A stretch of 64,000 nucleotides of DNA from an uncultured Collinsella sp. (lineage in GTDB: Bacteria; Actinomycetota; Coriobacteriia; Coriobacteriales; Coriobacteriaceae), in assembly GCA_902470805.1 (NCBI GenBank), contig CABRHX010000006.1, positions 30,166-94,165 on the forward strand, written 5' to 3'. Positions 19,240-28,437 of this stretch are shown piece after piece (the stretch's first letter is position 1; the number at the start of each line of letters is the position of its first letter). The notes below the pieces were generated by a model. The model did no database searches. It was not told where the DNA came from and worked only from the letters and a program-made list of their open reading frames with translations. The position numbers were made by a program, and so were the translations under genes.

Positions 19240-20472
19240 GTGGCCGTTACCGCGCTGTATGCGCACGTGCCGTTTTGCGCCCAAAAGTGCCGGTACTGCG
19301 ACTTTGACTCACGCAGTTTTGCTCCGTGCGACCTGAGCGCTGCGCTCGATTTCTATTTTGAGCAGTTGTTCGTGCGTCTCGATGCTTTTGGCAAGGCTGG
19401 GGCCCTTGACCAGATCCGCACCGTCTATGTTGGCGGCGGTACGCCGTCGCTGGCGGGGGAGCGCCTGGTGGAGCTGGTGCGGCGTATTCGTGCGTGGTGC
19501 GCCCCCGTTGAGTTTACCTGCGAGGCCAATCCCGAGTCGCTGACCGCCGAGCTTGCCGCTGCGCTTGCCAAGGTTGGTGTCACACGCGTCTCTCTGGGCG
19601 TGCAAACGCTCGATAACACCGAACTTACTGCCATCGGCCGTATTCACGATGCCGATCGGGCGCTCGCCGCCATCGCGACGGTCAAGAACGCTGGGCTTGA
19701 CGTGTCGTGCGACCTTATGTGCGGACTTCCCGGGCAGACCGCAGCGAGTTGGAAGCACACGCTCGATGGCGTGCTGGCGGCGGCTCCGCATCATGTGTCG
19801 GTCTACCCGCTTACGCTTGAGGAGGGGACGCCCCTTTATCGCATGGCGTGCCGCGACGAGTCGGTCGAGCCCGACGAGGATTTTCAAGCTTCGTGCATGG
19901 ATGTGGCGCGTGAGCGTCTGGGTGCGGCCGGCTATCACCCGTATGAGGTGGCAAGCTATGCGCTCGACGGCCATGAGTGCGCCCATAACATTGCCTACTG
20001 GACCGGACGGGGCTACCTGGGCCTGGGTCGTTCTGCCGCGGGCATGCTCGACGCCGGGGATTTCGACCGTCTTGCAGGTTTGTTCCCCGGTGTTTCTTCT
20101 CGAGGCGTTGCGTACCGCGTGCGTCTGGTGCAACGTGACGATGACGCGACGGCGTTCGAGACTGAATATCTGTCGCAGCGTGAGGCTGCGGCTGAAGACC
20201 TGATGCTCGCTTGTCGCATGACGCGCGGTATTGCGTCCGATCTGTTGGTTCGTGCAGCTTGCGTCATCCCAACGGGCGAGCTGGCAGCTGCCTGCGATCG
20301 CGCGCTCGAATTGGGTCTTGCCACTTGGGTGCCCGAGACGCTCGGAGTCCATGAGGGACCCTTCACTTCGGCAGACGTCCTCGCGGGCCATGTCCGAGCT
20401 CGTCTGGCGCCGACACACCTGGGCTGGCTCGATGGAAATGTTCTGTTCGAGCTGTTTTGGGGTCTAGCATAG
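19240..20472 (+). CDS. hemW: radical SAM heme chaperone HemW (HemN-like)
   Basis: LYAHVPFCAQKCRYCDF radical-SAM cluster motif. Lies downstream of lepA. Confidence 0.88.
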   Translation: MAVTALYAHVPFCAQKCRYCDFDSRSFAPCDLSAALDFYFEQLFVRLDAFGKAGALDQIRTVYVGGGTPSLAGERLVELVRRIRAWCAPVEFTCEANPESLTAELAAALAKVGVTRVSLGVQTLDNTELTAIGRIHDADRALAAIATVKNAGLDVSCDLMCGLPGQTAASWKHTLDGVLAAAPHHVSVYPLTLEEGTPLYRMACRDESVEPDEDFQASCMDVARERLGAAGYHPYEVASYALDGHECAHNIAYWTGRGYLGLGRSAAGMLDAGDFDRLAGLFPGVSSRGVAYRVRLVQRDDDATAFETEYLSQREAAAEDLMLACRMTRGIASDLLVRAACVIPTGELAAACDRALELGLATWVPETLGVHEGPFTSADVLAGHVRARLAPTHLGWLDGNVLFELFWGLA

Positions 20473-20530
20473 ACCGCTCGGGTAGAATTACCGCAATATA
20501 TACGCTGCTTTGAGCAGGAGGTTGCCGCGC

Positions 20531-21634
20531 ATGGCGACGATGAACGAAAAAGATTACTACGAGATTCTGGGTGTCTCCAAGGACGCCACCTCGCGTGATA
20601 TTCAAAAGGCCTTCCAGCAAAAGGCCCGCAAGCTCCATCCGGACGTCAACAAAGAGCCGGATGCCGAGGAAAAGTTTAAAGAGGTTTCCGAGGCCTACGC
20701 CGTGCTTTCGGACGAGCAGAAGCGTTCGCGCTACGACGCCATGCGTTCGGGCAACCCCTTCGCCGGCGCTCCTACGGCTTCGCCCTATGGCGGCGGCTAC
20801 GCCGGCAGCGCGGGCTATGGCAATCCCTTTGAGGGCGGTTTTCCCTTTGGTGGCGCCTGGGGCCAGCCGCGTCGCGGGCAGGCTGCCTACAATCCCGAGA
20901 ACGGCGCCAACGTGGTCGTCGATATCAAACTCGACGCCAAGGAGGCAAAGGGCGGTGCCCGCAAGACCGTCCGCTACACGCGCTTCGATACCTGTAACAA
21001 CTGCGGCGGTTCGGGCTCTGTCTCCTCCGAGCATGCCCATACCTGCCCAAGCTGTGGCGGCCGCGGCCATATCGACGTCGACCTGTCCTTCCTGTTTGGT
21101 GCGGGCACGTTCCAGTCGGTCTGCCCCGAGTGCGGCGGTTCCGGTAAGGTCGTGGCCGACCCCTGCCCTGATTGCGGCGGCAGCGGTCGTACTCGCGTAA
21201 CCTCCGAGCAGACGATTGAGTTTCCTGCCGGCACGCACGATGGCGACGAGGTCCGCATTGGCGGCATGGGTCATGCTGGCACCAACGGTGCCGCGGGCGG
21301 CGATCTGGTCGGCCGCGCCCATGTTGAGGCCGAGCGCTTGGAAGGCAAAGCTCGTACCGGTTTTTACCTGATGGGCATCGTGGCGCCGTTTTTGGTACTC
21401 TCGGCCATCTCGGGCGTGTTCTCGGCCTTTGCCGTGATGTGCTTTATTCCGTTTGCCATGGGCCTGTTCATGGTGCTTTCGGACGGCGTGCTTCATCGCA
21501 GCCTGCTGTGGTGGAAGCGCGGCGCGATGCAGTTTGCCAACGGTTTTGCCAACGGCTTCATGTTCGCGCTCGTGTCGGTTTGGTTCGCGAGCTGCTCGCA
21601 ACGGGCCATGCTTTCGCCGTACCAAATGCAATAA
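20531..21634 (+). CDS. DnaJ paralog: J domain + Gly-rich + Zn-finger domain fused to a C-terminal 2-3 TM membrane anchor
   Basis: [13 protein letters not shown]...[10 protein letters not shown] (HPD). Four CxxCxGxG motifs ([32 protein letters not shown]). A hydrophobic tail ([40 protein letters not shown]...[13 protein letters not shown]) replaces most of the substrate-binding CTD. Confidence 0.8.
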   Translation: MATMNEKDYYEILGVSKDATSRDIQKAFQQKARKLHPDVNKEPDAEEKFKEVSEAYAVLSDEQKRSRYDAMRSGNPFAGAPTASPYGGGYAGSAGYGNPFEGGFPFGGAWGQPRRGQAAYNPENGANVVVDIKLDAKEAKGGARKTVRYTRFDTCNNCGGSGSVSSEHAHTCPSCGGRGHIDVDLSFLFGAGTFQSVCPECGGSGKVVADPCPDCGGSGRTRVTSEQTIEFPAGTHDGDEVRIGGMGHAGTNGAAGGDLVGRAHVEAERLEGKARTGFYLMGIVAPFLVLSAISGVFSAFAVMCFIPFAMGLFMVLSDGVLHRSLLWWKRGAMQFANGFANGFMFALVSVWFASCSQRAMLSPYQMQ

Positions 21635-21715
21635 CATCAAACCCTCTGTTTGCGGTCGGCCCTGCTTGGGTATAGGACGCACTGTGACAATAATGAAAGT
21701 CGGAAGGATTCGGTC

Positions 21716-22864
21716 GTGTCGGAAAATAGGGATTACTACGAGGTGCTTGGCGTCGACAGGGATGCCGACGCGCGGACGATTAAGCGTGCGTTTCTAAAGA
21801 AGGCCCGTACCGTACATCCGGATGTTTCGGACGACCCCGAGGCCGAGGCCAAGTTCAAGGAGCTCAACGAGGCCTATTCCGTTCTTTCCGATGAGCAGAA
21901 GCGTGCTAACTACGACCGTTACGGCACTGCCGACGGCCCTGGTGGTTCGGGCTACGTCGATATCAACGATATCTTTGGTGGCATGGGCATGGACGACTTG
22001 TTCTCGTCGTTCTTTGGCGGCGGTGCCGGCGGTGGCGCCCGCAGCCGTCGTGAGCGTCGTCGCGGACGAGACATGGCCATCTCGCTTTCGGTGACGCTCG
22101 AGGAGGCGGCGCTCGGCTGCAAAAAGACAATCAGCTATGACCGCCTTGCTCCTTGCGAGGACTGCAATGGCACCGGTAGGGCAGAGGGCGCACAGGAAAA
22201 GCAGTGCGGCCGCTGCCACGGTACGGGCTACGTCACGACGGTTCAGCGTTCGTTCCTGGGCCAGGTTCAGTCTTCCTCGCCTTGCCCCGACTGCCATGGC
22301 GAGGGCACGGTTATCGATCATCCCTGCGAGACCTGCGACGGTCAAGGCCGCACGCCTTCGCACGAAAAGATCGACATCGATATTCCCGCCGGCGTTTCGA
22401 CCGGTCGCCAGCTGCGCGTGAGCGGCTTTGGCGAGGCCGGCCTTCGCGGCGAGCCTTCGGGCGACCTGATTGTCAACGTGCGCGTTGCCGACCATGAGCG
22501 CTTTAAGCGCAACGGGGACGACCTGTACCTGGTGAGCGATATCTCGATTGCGCAGGCTGCGCTCGGCTGCGAGATCGAGGTCGAGGGCATTATGCCCGAC
22601 GAGGTCGTTAAGGTGACGGTTCCCGCCGGCGCCCAGTACGGCGACACCGTGAGCGTCAATAATTACGGCATGCCGCGCATTGGCGGTGGCGGTTCGCGTG
22701 GCCGCCTGATCGTGCAACTGCGCGTGGTCGTTCCCACCAATCTTTCCAATAAGCAGCGCGAGCTGCTCCGTGCTTTTGCCGATGAGATGGGCGATGACGT
22801 CGCTTCCGGTAAGAAGTCGGTGACCGACCGTATCAAGAGTGCCCTCGACGATATCCTCGATTAA
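21716..22864 (+). CDS. dnaJ: molecular chaperone DnaJ (full-length type I)
   Basis: DYYEVLGVDRDAD...VHPDV. Four CxxCxGxG motifs, CTD I/II and dimerisation tail. GTG start 21716. Confidence 0.92.
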   Translation: MSENRDYYEVLGVDRDADARTIKRAFLKKARTVHPDVSDDPEAEAKFKELNEAYSVLSDEQKRANYDRYGTADGPGGSGYVDINDIFGGMGMDDLFSSFFGGGAGGGARSRRERRRGRDMAISLSVTLEEAALGCKKTISYDRLAPCEDCNGTGRAEGAQEKQCGRCHGTGYVTTVQRSFLGQVQSSSPCPDCHGEGTVIDHPCETCDGQGRTPSHEKIDIDIPAGVSTGRQLRVSGFGEAGLRGEPSGDLIVNVRVADHERFKRNGDDLYLVSDISIAQAALGCEIEVEGIMPDEVVKVTVPAGAQYGDTVSVNNYGMPRIGGGGSRGRLIVQLRVVVPTNLSNKQRELLRAFADEMGDDVASGKKSVTDRIKSALDDILD

Positions 22865-22873
22865 GGAGCCCGC

Positions 22874-24166
22874 GTGCTCGCACCCCATATTTCCGTCGTC
22901 AACCTCGGCTGCCGTGTCAACCGGGTTGAGTCTGACCGTATCACTGCCGATCTTATGCGCTTGGGCTTTGCTATTGTGGAGCCCCAGGATGCCGATCTGA
23001 TCGTCATTAACACTTGTGCCGTTACGGGCGAGGCCGAGGCCAAGACCCGTAAGGCCGTCCGTCATGCGCTGGCCCATCCAAACGAGCCCTATGTGGTCGT
23101 GACCGGATGCGTGGTCAATTTGCATCCCGAGGAGCTGTCGGAGCTTTCGGATCGCGTGATTGCCGAGCCGTCCAAGATAGATGTCGCCGAACGTGTATGC
23201 GAGGTGCTGGGTGTTGAGTCCGATAGCGTTCCCGCCTGCAGCGATGGCGAGGTGGTCGATGCGCTCGGTCGCTCTCGCCTGGGCGTGAAGATTCAGGATG
23301 GCTGCAACCATCGCTGCACCTATTGCATTGTGTGGAAGGCGCGCGGCCCCGAGCGCTCCGTGCCCGTCGAGTCCGTGCTCGAGCAAGTTCGCGAGGCCCA
23401 GGAGGCCGGCGTGCCCGAGGTGGTGCTGACCGGTGTGAACCTGGGTGCCTACGATGGCAAGAGCGCGACCGACGAGCACGTCGAAATCGATGAGCTGCTC
23501 GAGGCCATCATGGAGCGCACGTCTATTCCGCATGTGCGTATTTCCTCGGTCGAGCCCATGGATATCTCCGAGCGCCTGCTTAAGGTTATGGCGCGCTTTC
23601 CGCAGCGTATCGCCCCGTTTTTGCACCTGCCCGTGCAGTCCGGCTGCACGGCGACCCTGCATCGCATGGGCCGTCCCTATAGTGCGGAGGCCTTTGAGGA
23701 CACGGTGCGTATGATTCGCGCCAATCTGCCGCAGGCGTCACTTTCTTGCGACGTTATTGTCGGCTTCCCTGGCGAGACGGACGAGGAGTTCGAGGAGTCG
23801 CTGGCGCTGTGCCGCCGTGTGGGTTTCTCGCGTATGCACGTGTTCCGCTACAGCAAGCGTCCCGGTACCCTTGCTGCCGACATGCCCGACCAGGTTCCGC
23901 CCGAGGTTATGGCCGAGCGCAGCCGCCGTATGCGGGCCGCTGCACAGGAGCTCGCTATTGCCGACGCTCGCCGTCGCGTGGGCACGGTCGAGCGTGCCGT
24001 GCTCGAGTATGGCGACAACCTGACGCTCGGCTCGTTCCATCATGCCCGTCTTGACGATACCTGTGGACTTACAGCCCCGTGCCTGCTCGATGTTGCTATC
24101 ATCGGAGTCGATGATTCCGGCTTGGTCCATGCACGCAGGGAGGTTCATGGAAGCCTCGAAGATTAG
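22874..24166 (+). CDS. mtaB: tRNA (t6A37) methylthiotransferase MtaB
   Basis: N-terminal MTTase cysteines (NLGCRVN, NTCAVT), radical-SAM CNHRCTYCIV, TRAM-like C-terminus. Confidence 0.85.
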   Translation: MLAPHISVVNLGCRVNRVESDRITADLMRLGFAIVEPQDADLIVINTCAVTGEAEAKTRKAVRHALAHPNEPYVVVTGCVVNLHPEELSELSDRVIAEPSKIDVAERVCEVLGVESDSVPACSDGEVVDALGRSRLGVKIQDGCNHRCTYCIVWKARGPERSVPVESVLEQVREAQEAGVPEVVLTGVNLGAYDGKSATDEHVEIDELLEAIMERTSIPHVRISSVEPMDISERLLKVMARFPQRIAPFLHLPVQSGCTATLHRMGRPYSAEAFEDTVRMIRANLPQASLSCDVIVGFPGETDEEFEESLALCRRVGFSRMHVFRYSKRPGTLAADMPDQVPPEVMAERSRRMRAAAQELAIADARRRVGTVERAVLEYGDNLTLGSFHHARLDDTCGLTAPCLLDVAIIGVDDSGLVHARREVHGSLED

Positions 24167-25133
24167 ACTTACCGTTCCCGAGGGGATTGATCCCTCGCGC
24201 GTTTTGGGCGCCGGCGACGGCGTCCTTCGTGCGCTCGAGAGTTTGGTTCGCGCTCATGTGGTCGCCCGTGGCGATAGCATCTCCGTGAGCGGCGACCCGG
24301 ACGAGGTCGAACTCGTGGCGCGCTTTTTCGAGCACGCTTTTTGCGAGGCGGCCGCCGGGCGCACGCTGTCTGCCGACGATGTCTCTCGCTGCCTGGCCGT
24401 CTTGCGCGACGGTGAGCACGAGGCTACGTCGCTTCGCGATGACGTGCTGCTTTCGTATCGCGGCCGCGTCATTCGCCCCAAGACGCTCGGCCAAAAGCGC
24501 TATGTGGATGCCATCCGCACGCATACCATCACGTTTGGCCTGGGTCCTGCCGGCACCGGTAAGACCTATCTGGCCATGGCGCTCGCCGTTGCCGCGCTCA
24601 AGCGTCACGAGGTGGGCCGTCTGATCTTGACGCGTCCGGTTGTCGAGGCGGGGGAGAATCTGGGCTTTTTGCCCGGTACCCTTGAGGAAAAGATCGACCC
24701 CTACATGCGTCCGCTCTACGACGCCCTTTTTGACATGATGGATCGCGAGCGCACCGATGAGCTTATGGAGCGTGGCGTGATCGAGATCGCCCCGCTTGCC
24801 TACATGCGCGGCCGCACACTGAGTGATGCCTTCGTGGTGCTCGACGAGGCGCAAAATACCACGCCCGAGCAGATGAAGATGTTCCTGACACGCCTTGGGT
24901 TCAGCTCCAAGTTCGTGATTACCGGCGACCTGAGCCAGCGCGACCTGGTGGGTCGTCGTGGCGGTCTTGCTGACGTTGAGCAGATTTTGGGCCGTGTCGA
25001 CGATGTCGCATTTTCTCACCTCGAGCGTGCCGACGTGGTGCGCCATGCCCTGGTGGGTCGTATCGTCGAGGCATATGAAGCTTATGATGATGTGCGCGAG
25101 AAGCGCGTACGTGACCGAAAGGAGTCCCGTTGA
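24147..25133 (+). CDS. phoH: PhoH-family ATPase (PhoH/YbeZ)
   Basis: Walker A GPAGTGKTYLA and LDEAQNTTPEQMKMFLTR. Upstream of ybeY. Confidence 0.9.
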   Translation: MEASKIRLTVPEGIDPSRVLGAGDGVLRALESLVRAHVVARGDSISVSGDPDEVELVARFFEHAFCEAAAGRTLSADDVSRCLAVLRDGEHEATSLRDDVLLSYRGRVIRPKTLGQKRYVDAIRTHTITFGLGPAGTGKTYLAMALAVAALKRHEVGRLILTRPVVEAGENLGFLPGTLEEKIDPYMRPLYDALFDMMDRERTDELMERGVIEIAPLAYMRGRTLSDAFVVLDEAQNTTPEQMKMFLTRLGFSSKFVITGDLSQRDLVGRRGGLADVEQILGRVDDVAFSHLERADVVRHALVGRIVEAYEAYDDVREKRVRDRKESR

Positions 25134-25639
25134 GTGTATTGATCAGCAACGATGCCGAGCTCGATACGCTGCTCGACGCGCAGGAGGTGGAGCACATCTG
25201 CGAGGTTGTGCTTGCCGCCGAGGGCGTTGAGCGTGAAGTCGAGATTTCCCTTTCGTATGTCGACGAGGACGAGATGCACGAGCTCAACCACGAGTGGCGC
25301 GGTATCGACCGCACCACCGATGTGCTCTCGTTTGAATGCGACTCGGCCTTTGACGAGGATATTCCCGCCGACGAGACGCTCGAGCTCGGCGATATCATCT
25401 TGGCCCCGCAGGTTATTGCCCGTCAGGCCCCCGGTTTTGGCAATAGCCCCGCTGACGAGTGTCGTCTGATGCTCGTACACGGCATGCTGCACCTGCTGGG
25501 CTATGACCATATCGAGGACGACGAGGCCGAGGTCATGGAGGCCCGCGAGGACGCCATCCTGCGCGATCTGGCGCTCGAGCGCGGCGAGGACCCCAAGCTA
25601 GTCCACGTCGGCCCCATCACCAACCACGCCCACGACTAG
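25130..25639 (+). CDS. ybeY: rRNA maturation endoribonuclease YbeY
   Basis: HGMLHLLGYDH zinc motif. TTG start overlaps the phoH stop. Confidence 0.9.
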   Translation: MSVLISNDAELDTLLDAQEVEHICEVVLAAEGVEREVEISLSYVDEDEMHELNHEWRGIDRTTDVLSFECDSAFDEDIPADETLELGDIILAPQVIARQAPGFGNSPADECRLMLVHGMLHLLGYDHIEDDEAEVMEAREDAILRDLALERGEDPKLVHVGPITNHAHD

Positions 25640-25648
25640 GAGCCGTCT

Positions 25649-26026
25649 ATGATTCCCGGATCGAACAAGGACCATCCGTCCTTCTTAAAGTCGTTTTCTT
25701 ACGCTATGGAGGGCTTCGTCACCGCCGTCAAGACCGAGCGCAACATTAAGGTCATGCTCGTGGCGGGCGTGTGCACCGTCATTGCAGGCTGCATCGTGGG
25801 GCTCGACATTGCCGAGTGGGCCACGATTATCATCTGTTGCGGCCTGGTGATCCACGGCGAGCTTTGCAATACCGCCATGGAGGCCATCGTCGACCTGGCG
25901 ACCCAGGAGCTCCATCCGCTGGCCAAGCGTGCGAAGGACATCGCCGCCTCCTCCGTATACGTTCTTTCCATCACCGCCGCGATTGTGGGCTTGCTGGTAT
26001 TTGCCCACGCGCTCGGCTTTATTTAG
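25649..26026 (+). CDS. dgkA: diacylglycerol kinase family protein (DgkA / undecaprenol kinase)
   Basis: SFSYAMEGFVTAVKTERNIKV, three TM helices, conserved ybeY-dgkA-era order. Confidence 0.85.
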   Translation: MIPGSNKDHPSFLKSFSYAMEGFVTAVKTERNIKVMLVAGVCTVIAGCIVGLDIAEWATIIICCGLVIHGELCNTAMEAIVDLATQELHPLAKRAKDIAASSVYVLSITAAIVGLLVFAHALGFI

Positions 26027-26038
26027 AAAGGGATTCCC

Positions 26039-27106
26039 ATGTCCGACAATATGCAGCTTGCCGATGAGATTTTGGACGACGAGTCCCTGGACGCGGTGGA
26101 TACCGAGGAGCTCGAGGATGTCGAGGAGTTCGACCCGTTTGAGGGTATGAGCGACGAGGAACTCGACGCCCTGTGCGACGAGGACGACAACCTCGCGGGC
26201 TTTGGTGACGTTGAGCCCGGTTTCCGCAGCGGCTTTGTGGCCCTGGTCGGTCGTCCCAACGCTGGCAAGTCTACGCTGCTTAATGCCTGCTATGGCAAAA
26301 AGGTCGCCATCACCTCGCCGGTGGCCCAGACGACCCGCCGCCGCATGCGCGCCGTCGTCAACCGCCCCGGCTACCAGCTGGTCTTTGTCGATACCCCCGG
26401 TATTCATAAGCCCAAGGACGGCTTGGGATCCGAGCTCAACAAGAGCGCGTTGTTCGAGCTGAACGATGTTGATGTTGTCGCGTTTTTGATTGATGCCACC
26501 AAACCGATCGGCAGGGGAGACGCCTGGGTTGCCGAGCGCGTCAGATGCGCTCGTTGCAAGAAGGTCCTGGTGCTCACCAAGGCCGATGAGGCCGACCCCG
26601 CACAGGTCATGGAGCAGCTCAAGGCAGCCCACGAACTCATGGAATATGACGACGAGATTGTGACGTCGTCGGTCAAGAACTTCAACGTCGATGCATTTAT
26701 CGAGACCGTTGCGCACTTTTTGCCTGAGGGTCCGCGTTGGTTCCCCGAGGACATGGGTACCGACGCTTCCGATGAGACGCTCGTTGCCGAGTTTGTACGC
26801 GAGAAGGTCTTGCGCCGCACCCGTGATGAGATTCCGCACTCCGTTGGCGTGATCTGCGATGCGCTCGAGCAGACCAAGAAGGTGCTGCGCGTGCACGCCA
26901 CCATTTACGTCGAGCGCGAGGGCCAAAAGGGCATCATCATCGGTAAGGGCGGCGAGATGATCAAGCATATCGGTATCGACGCCCGTCGCGATCTTGAGCG
27001 CATCTTTGGCACGCAGGTCTTTTTGGAGCTGGACGTGAAGGTCAAGGCCGGCTGGCGTGACGACGAGGCCCAGATTCGCCGCTTTGGCTACAACGCCGAG
27101 GACTAA
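26039..27106 (+). CDS. era: GTPase Era with ~60-aa acidic N-terminal extension
   Basis: G1 GRPNAGKSTLLN, DTPG, TKAD and a C-terminal KH domain. The N-terminus is rich in D/E. Confidence 0.93.
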   Translation: MSDNMQLADEILDDESLDAVDTEELEDVEEFDPFEGMSDEELDALCDEDDNLAGFGDVEPGFRSGFVALVGRPNAGKSTLLNACYGKKVAITSPVAQTTRRRMRAVVNRPGYQLVFVDTPGIHKPKDGLGSELNKSALFELNDVDVVAFLIDATKPIGRGDAWVAERVRCARCKKVLVLTKADEADPAQVMEQLKAAHELMEYDDEIVTSSVKNFNVDAFIETVAHFLPEGPRWFPEDMGTDASDETLVAEFVREKVLRRTRDEIPHSVGVICDALEQTKKVLRVHATIYVEREGQKGIIIGKGGEMIKHIGIDARRDLERIFGTQVFLELDVKVKAGWRDDEAQIRRFGYNAED

Positions 27107-27121
27107 GGACGCGCGGCGCGC

Positions 27122-27871
27122 ATGGCAGGCTCCCGGACATATCGCACCAAGGTGCTCGTCCTCGACAAGACGAAGCTCAAAGAGACCGACCTGATCTTGA
27201 CGATGCTTGACGAGCGGGGGCGGCAGGTTCGTGCCGTGGCAAAGGGCGCCCGCAAACCCGGCGGACGCCTGGCTGCGCGCTGCGAGCTGTTCTGTACGGT
27301 CGATATGCTGCTCGCACATGGACGGTCGCTCGACGTGGTTTCCCAGGCCGAGCTTATGGAGGCGCCGCTCGGCGCTGCGCCCGATTACGAGACTACCTGC
27401 GCCGCAAGCGCGATCGCCGAGGTCGCGCGCGCGTGCTCGTTCGAGGACGCCGAGGACCCGTTTACCTTTGCCATCACGCAGCGAGCGCTTGCCCTGGTGG
27501 GCAGCGGGCTTGACACGGCACATATGGACCTACTTGTGGCGGCATATGTCTTTAAGCTGCTGTCGCACGTTGGCTATCGACCCGATTTTTCGGCCTGCGT
27601 GCTGTGCGGAGACCCCATGCTGTCGTATTTTTCGCCCCAGGCGGGCGGCCTCATGTGCGGGTCGTGCGCGTCGAGCGTTCCAGGTGCCGAACTGGTGTCG
27701 ACCGGTGAGGCCGCATGGCTGCGCGCCCTCATGTCCATGACCTTCGATGCGCTTTTGGCCGAGCGAATCGACCCGCATACCGCAGCCTTTTTGCTGGGGC
27801 TTTCGCATGTTTGGGCTGCGACGCACACCGATCAGCGCCTCCGTGCGATGGAATTCATGTTGGGTCGGTGA
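27122..27871 (+). CDS. recO: DNA repair protein RecO
   Basis: OB-fold N-terminus (KVLVLDKTKLKETDLILTMLDERGRQVRAVAKGARK) and Zn motif CVLCG...CGSC. Follows era. Confidence 0.88.
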   Translation: MAGSRTYRTKVLVLDKTKLKETDLILTMLDERGRQVRAVAKGARKPGGRLAARCELFCTVDMLLAHGRSLDVVSQAELMEAPLGAAPDYETTCAASAIAEVARACSFEDAEDPFTFAITQRALALVGSGLDTAHMDLLVAAYVFKLLSHVGYRPDFSACVLCGDPMLSYFSPQAGGLMCGSCASSVPGAELVSTGEAAWLRALMSMTFDALLAERIDPHTAAFLLGLSHVWAATHTDQRLRAMEFMLGR

Positions 27872-28009
27872 TGATGCGCAGGCGCGGGCTGCTTGTGGTA
27901 ACATACCGACCTGTTGGTACCTCGACCTTGGTTGCTCGCTCCACCGGCGGCTTCCCAGTCCGAGGCGAATCGAGTCGCCCGATGGCGACGCAAAACGAAA
28001 GGTGAAACA

Positions 28010-28288
28010 ATGACTGTTTCCAAAGAGCGCAAGGCGGAGCTGACTGCCCAGTTCGGTAACACCCCGGTCGACACCGGCAACCCCAAGGTTCAGGTCGCCA
28101 TCCTGTCCGAGCGCATCAAGGAGCTGACCGAGCACATGAAGTCCCACCAAAAGGACTTCCACACCCGTCGTGGCCTGCTCATGCTCGTCGGCCGTCGTCG
28201 TCGTCTTCTCTCCTACATCAAGAAGAACGACATCGTCGAGTACCGTGAGCTCATCAAGGCTCTGGGCATCCGCGACAACATCCAGTAG
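28010..28288 (+). CDS. rpsO: 30S ribosomal protein S15
   Basis: GNTPVDTGNPKVQVAILSERIKELTEHMKSHQKDFHTRRGLLMLVGRRRRLLSY. Confidence 0.95.
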   Translation: MTVSKERKAELTAQFGNTPVDTGNPKVQVAILSERIKELTEHMKSHQKDFHTRRGLLMLVGRRRRLLSYIKKNDIVEYRELIKALGIRDNIQ

Positions 28289-28303
28289 GATTTGTACATG
28301 CTA

Positions 28304-28335
28304 AGAGCGTCCTGCGCAGCGGGGCGCTCTTTTTG
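28304..28335 (+). terminator. rpsO terminator / rpsO-pnp intergenic hairpin
   Basis: Extended stem AGAGCGTCCTGC-GCA-GCGGGGCGCTCT followed by TTTTT. Confidence 0.7.
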
Positions 28336-28401
28336 TGTAAGGGCGCGAACAATCACGCTCTGAAGCGTGGCGGGGGCAGGGGGCCCGCGTCACATGAGAA
28401 G

Positions 28402-28424
28402 CCCGCAGACAAGGGGTCTGCGGG
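28402..28424 (+). promoter_or_regulatory. pnp leader hairpin immediately 5' of the SD
   Basis: 9-bp stem CCCGCAGAC-AAGGG-GTCTGCGGG, 3 nt before AAGGAG (28428-28433). Confidence 0.4.
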
Positions 28425-28437
28425 GTTAAGGAGAACA

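Noticed and set aside
20473-20530. CIRCE (TTAGCACTC-N9-GAGTGCTAA) or HAIR heat-shock operators upstream of the DnaJ paralogs
   Set aside because: No match to either inverted repeat was found in this interval or in 21635-21715.
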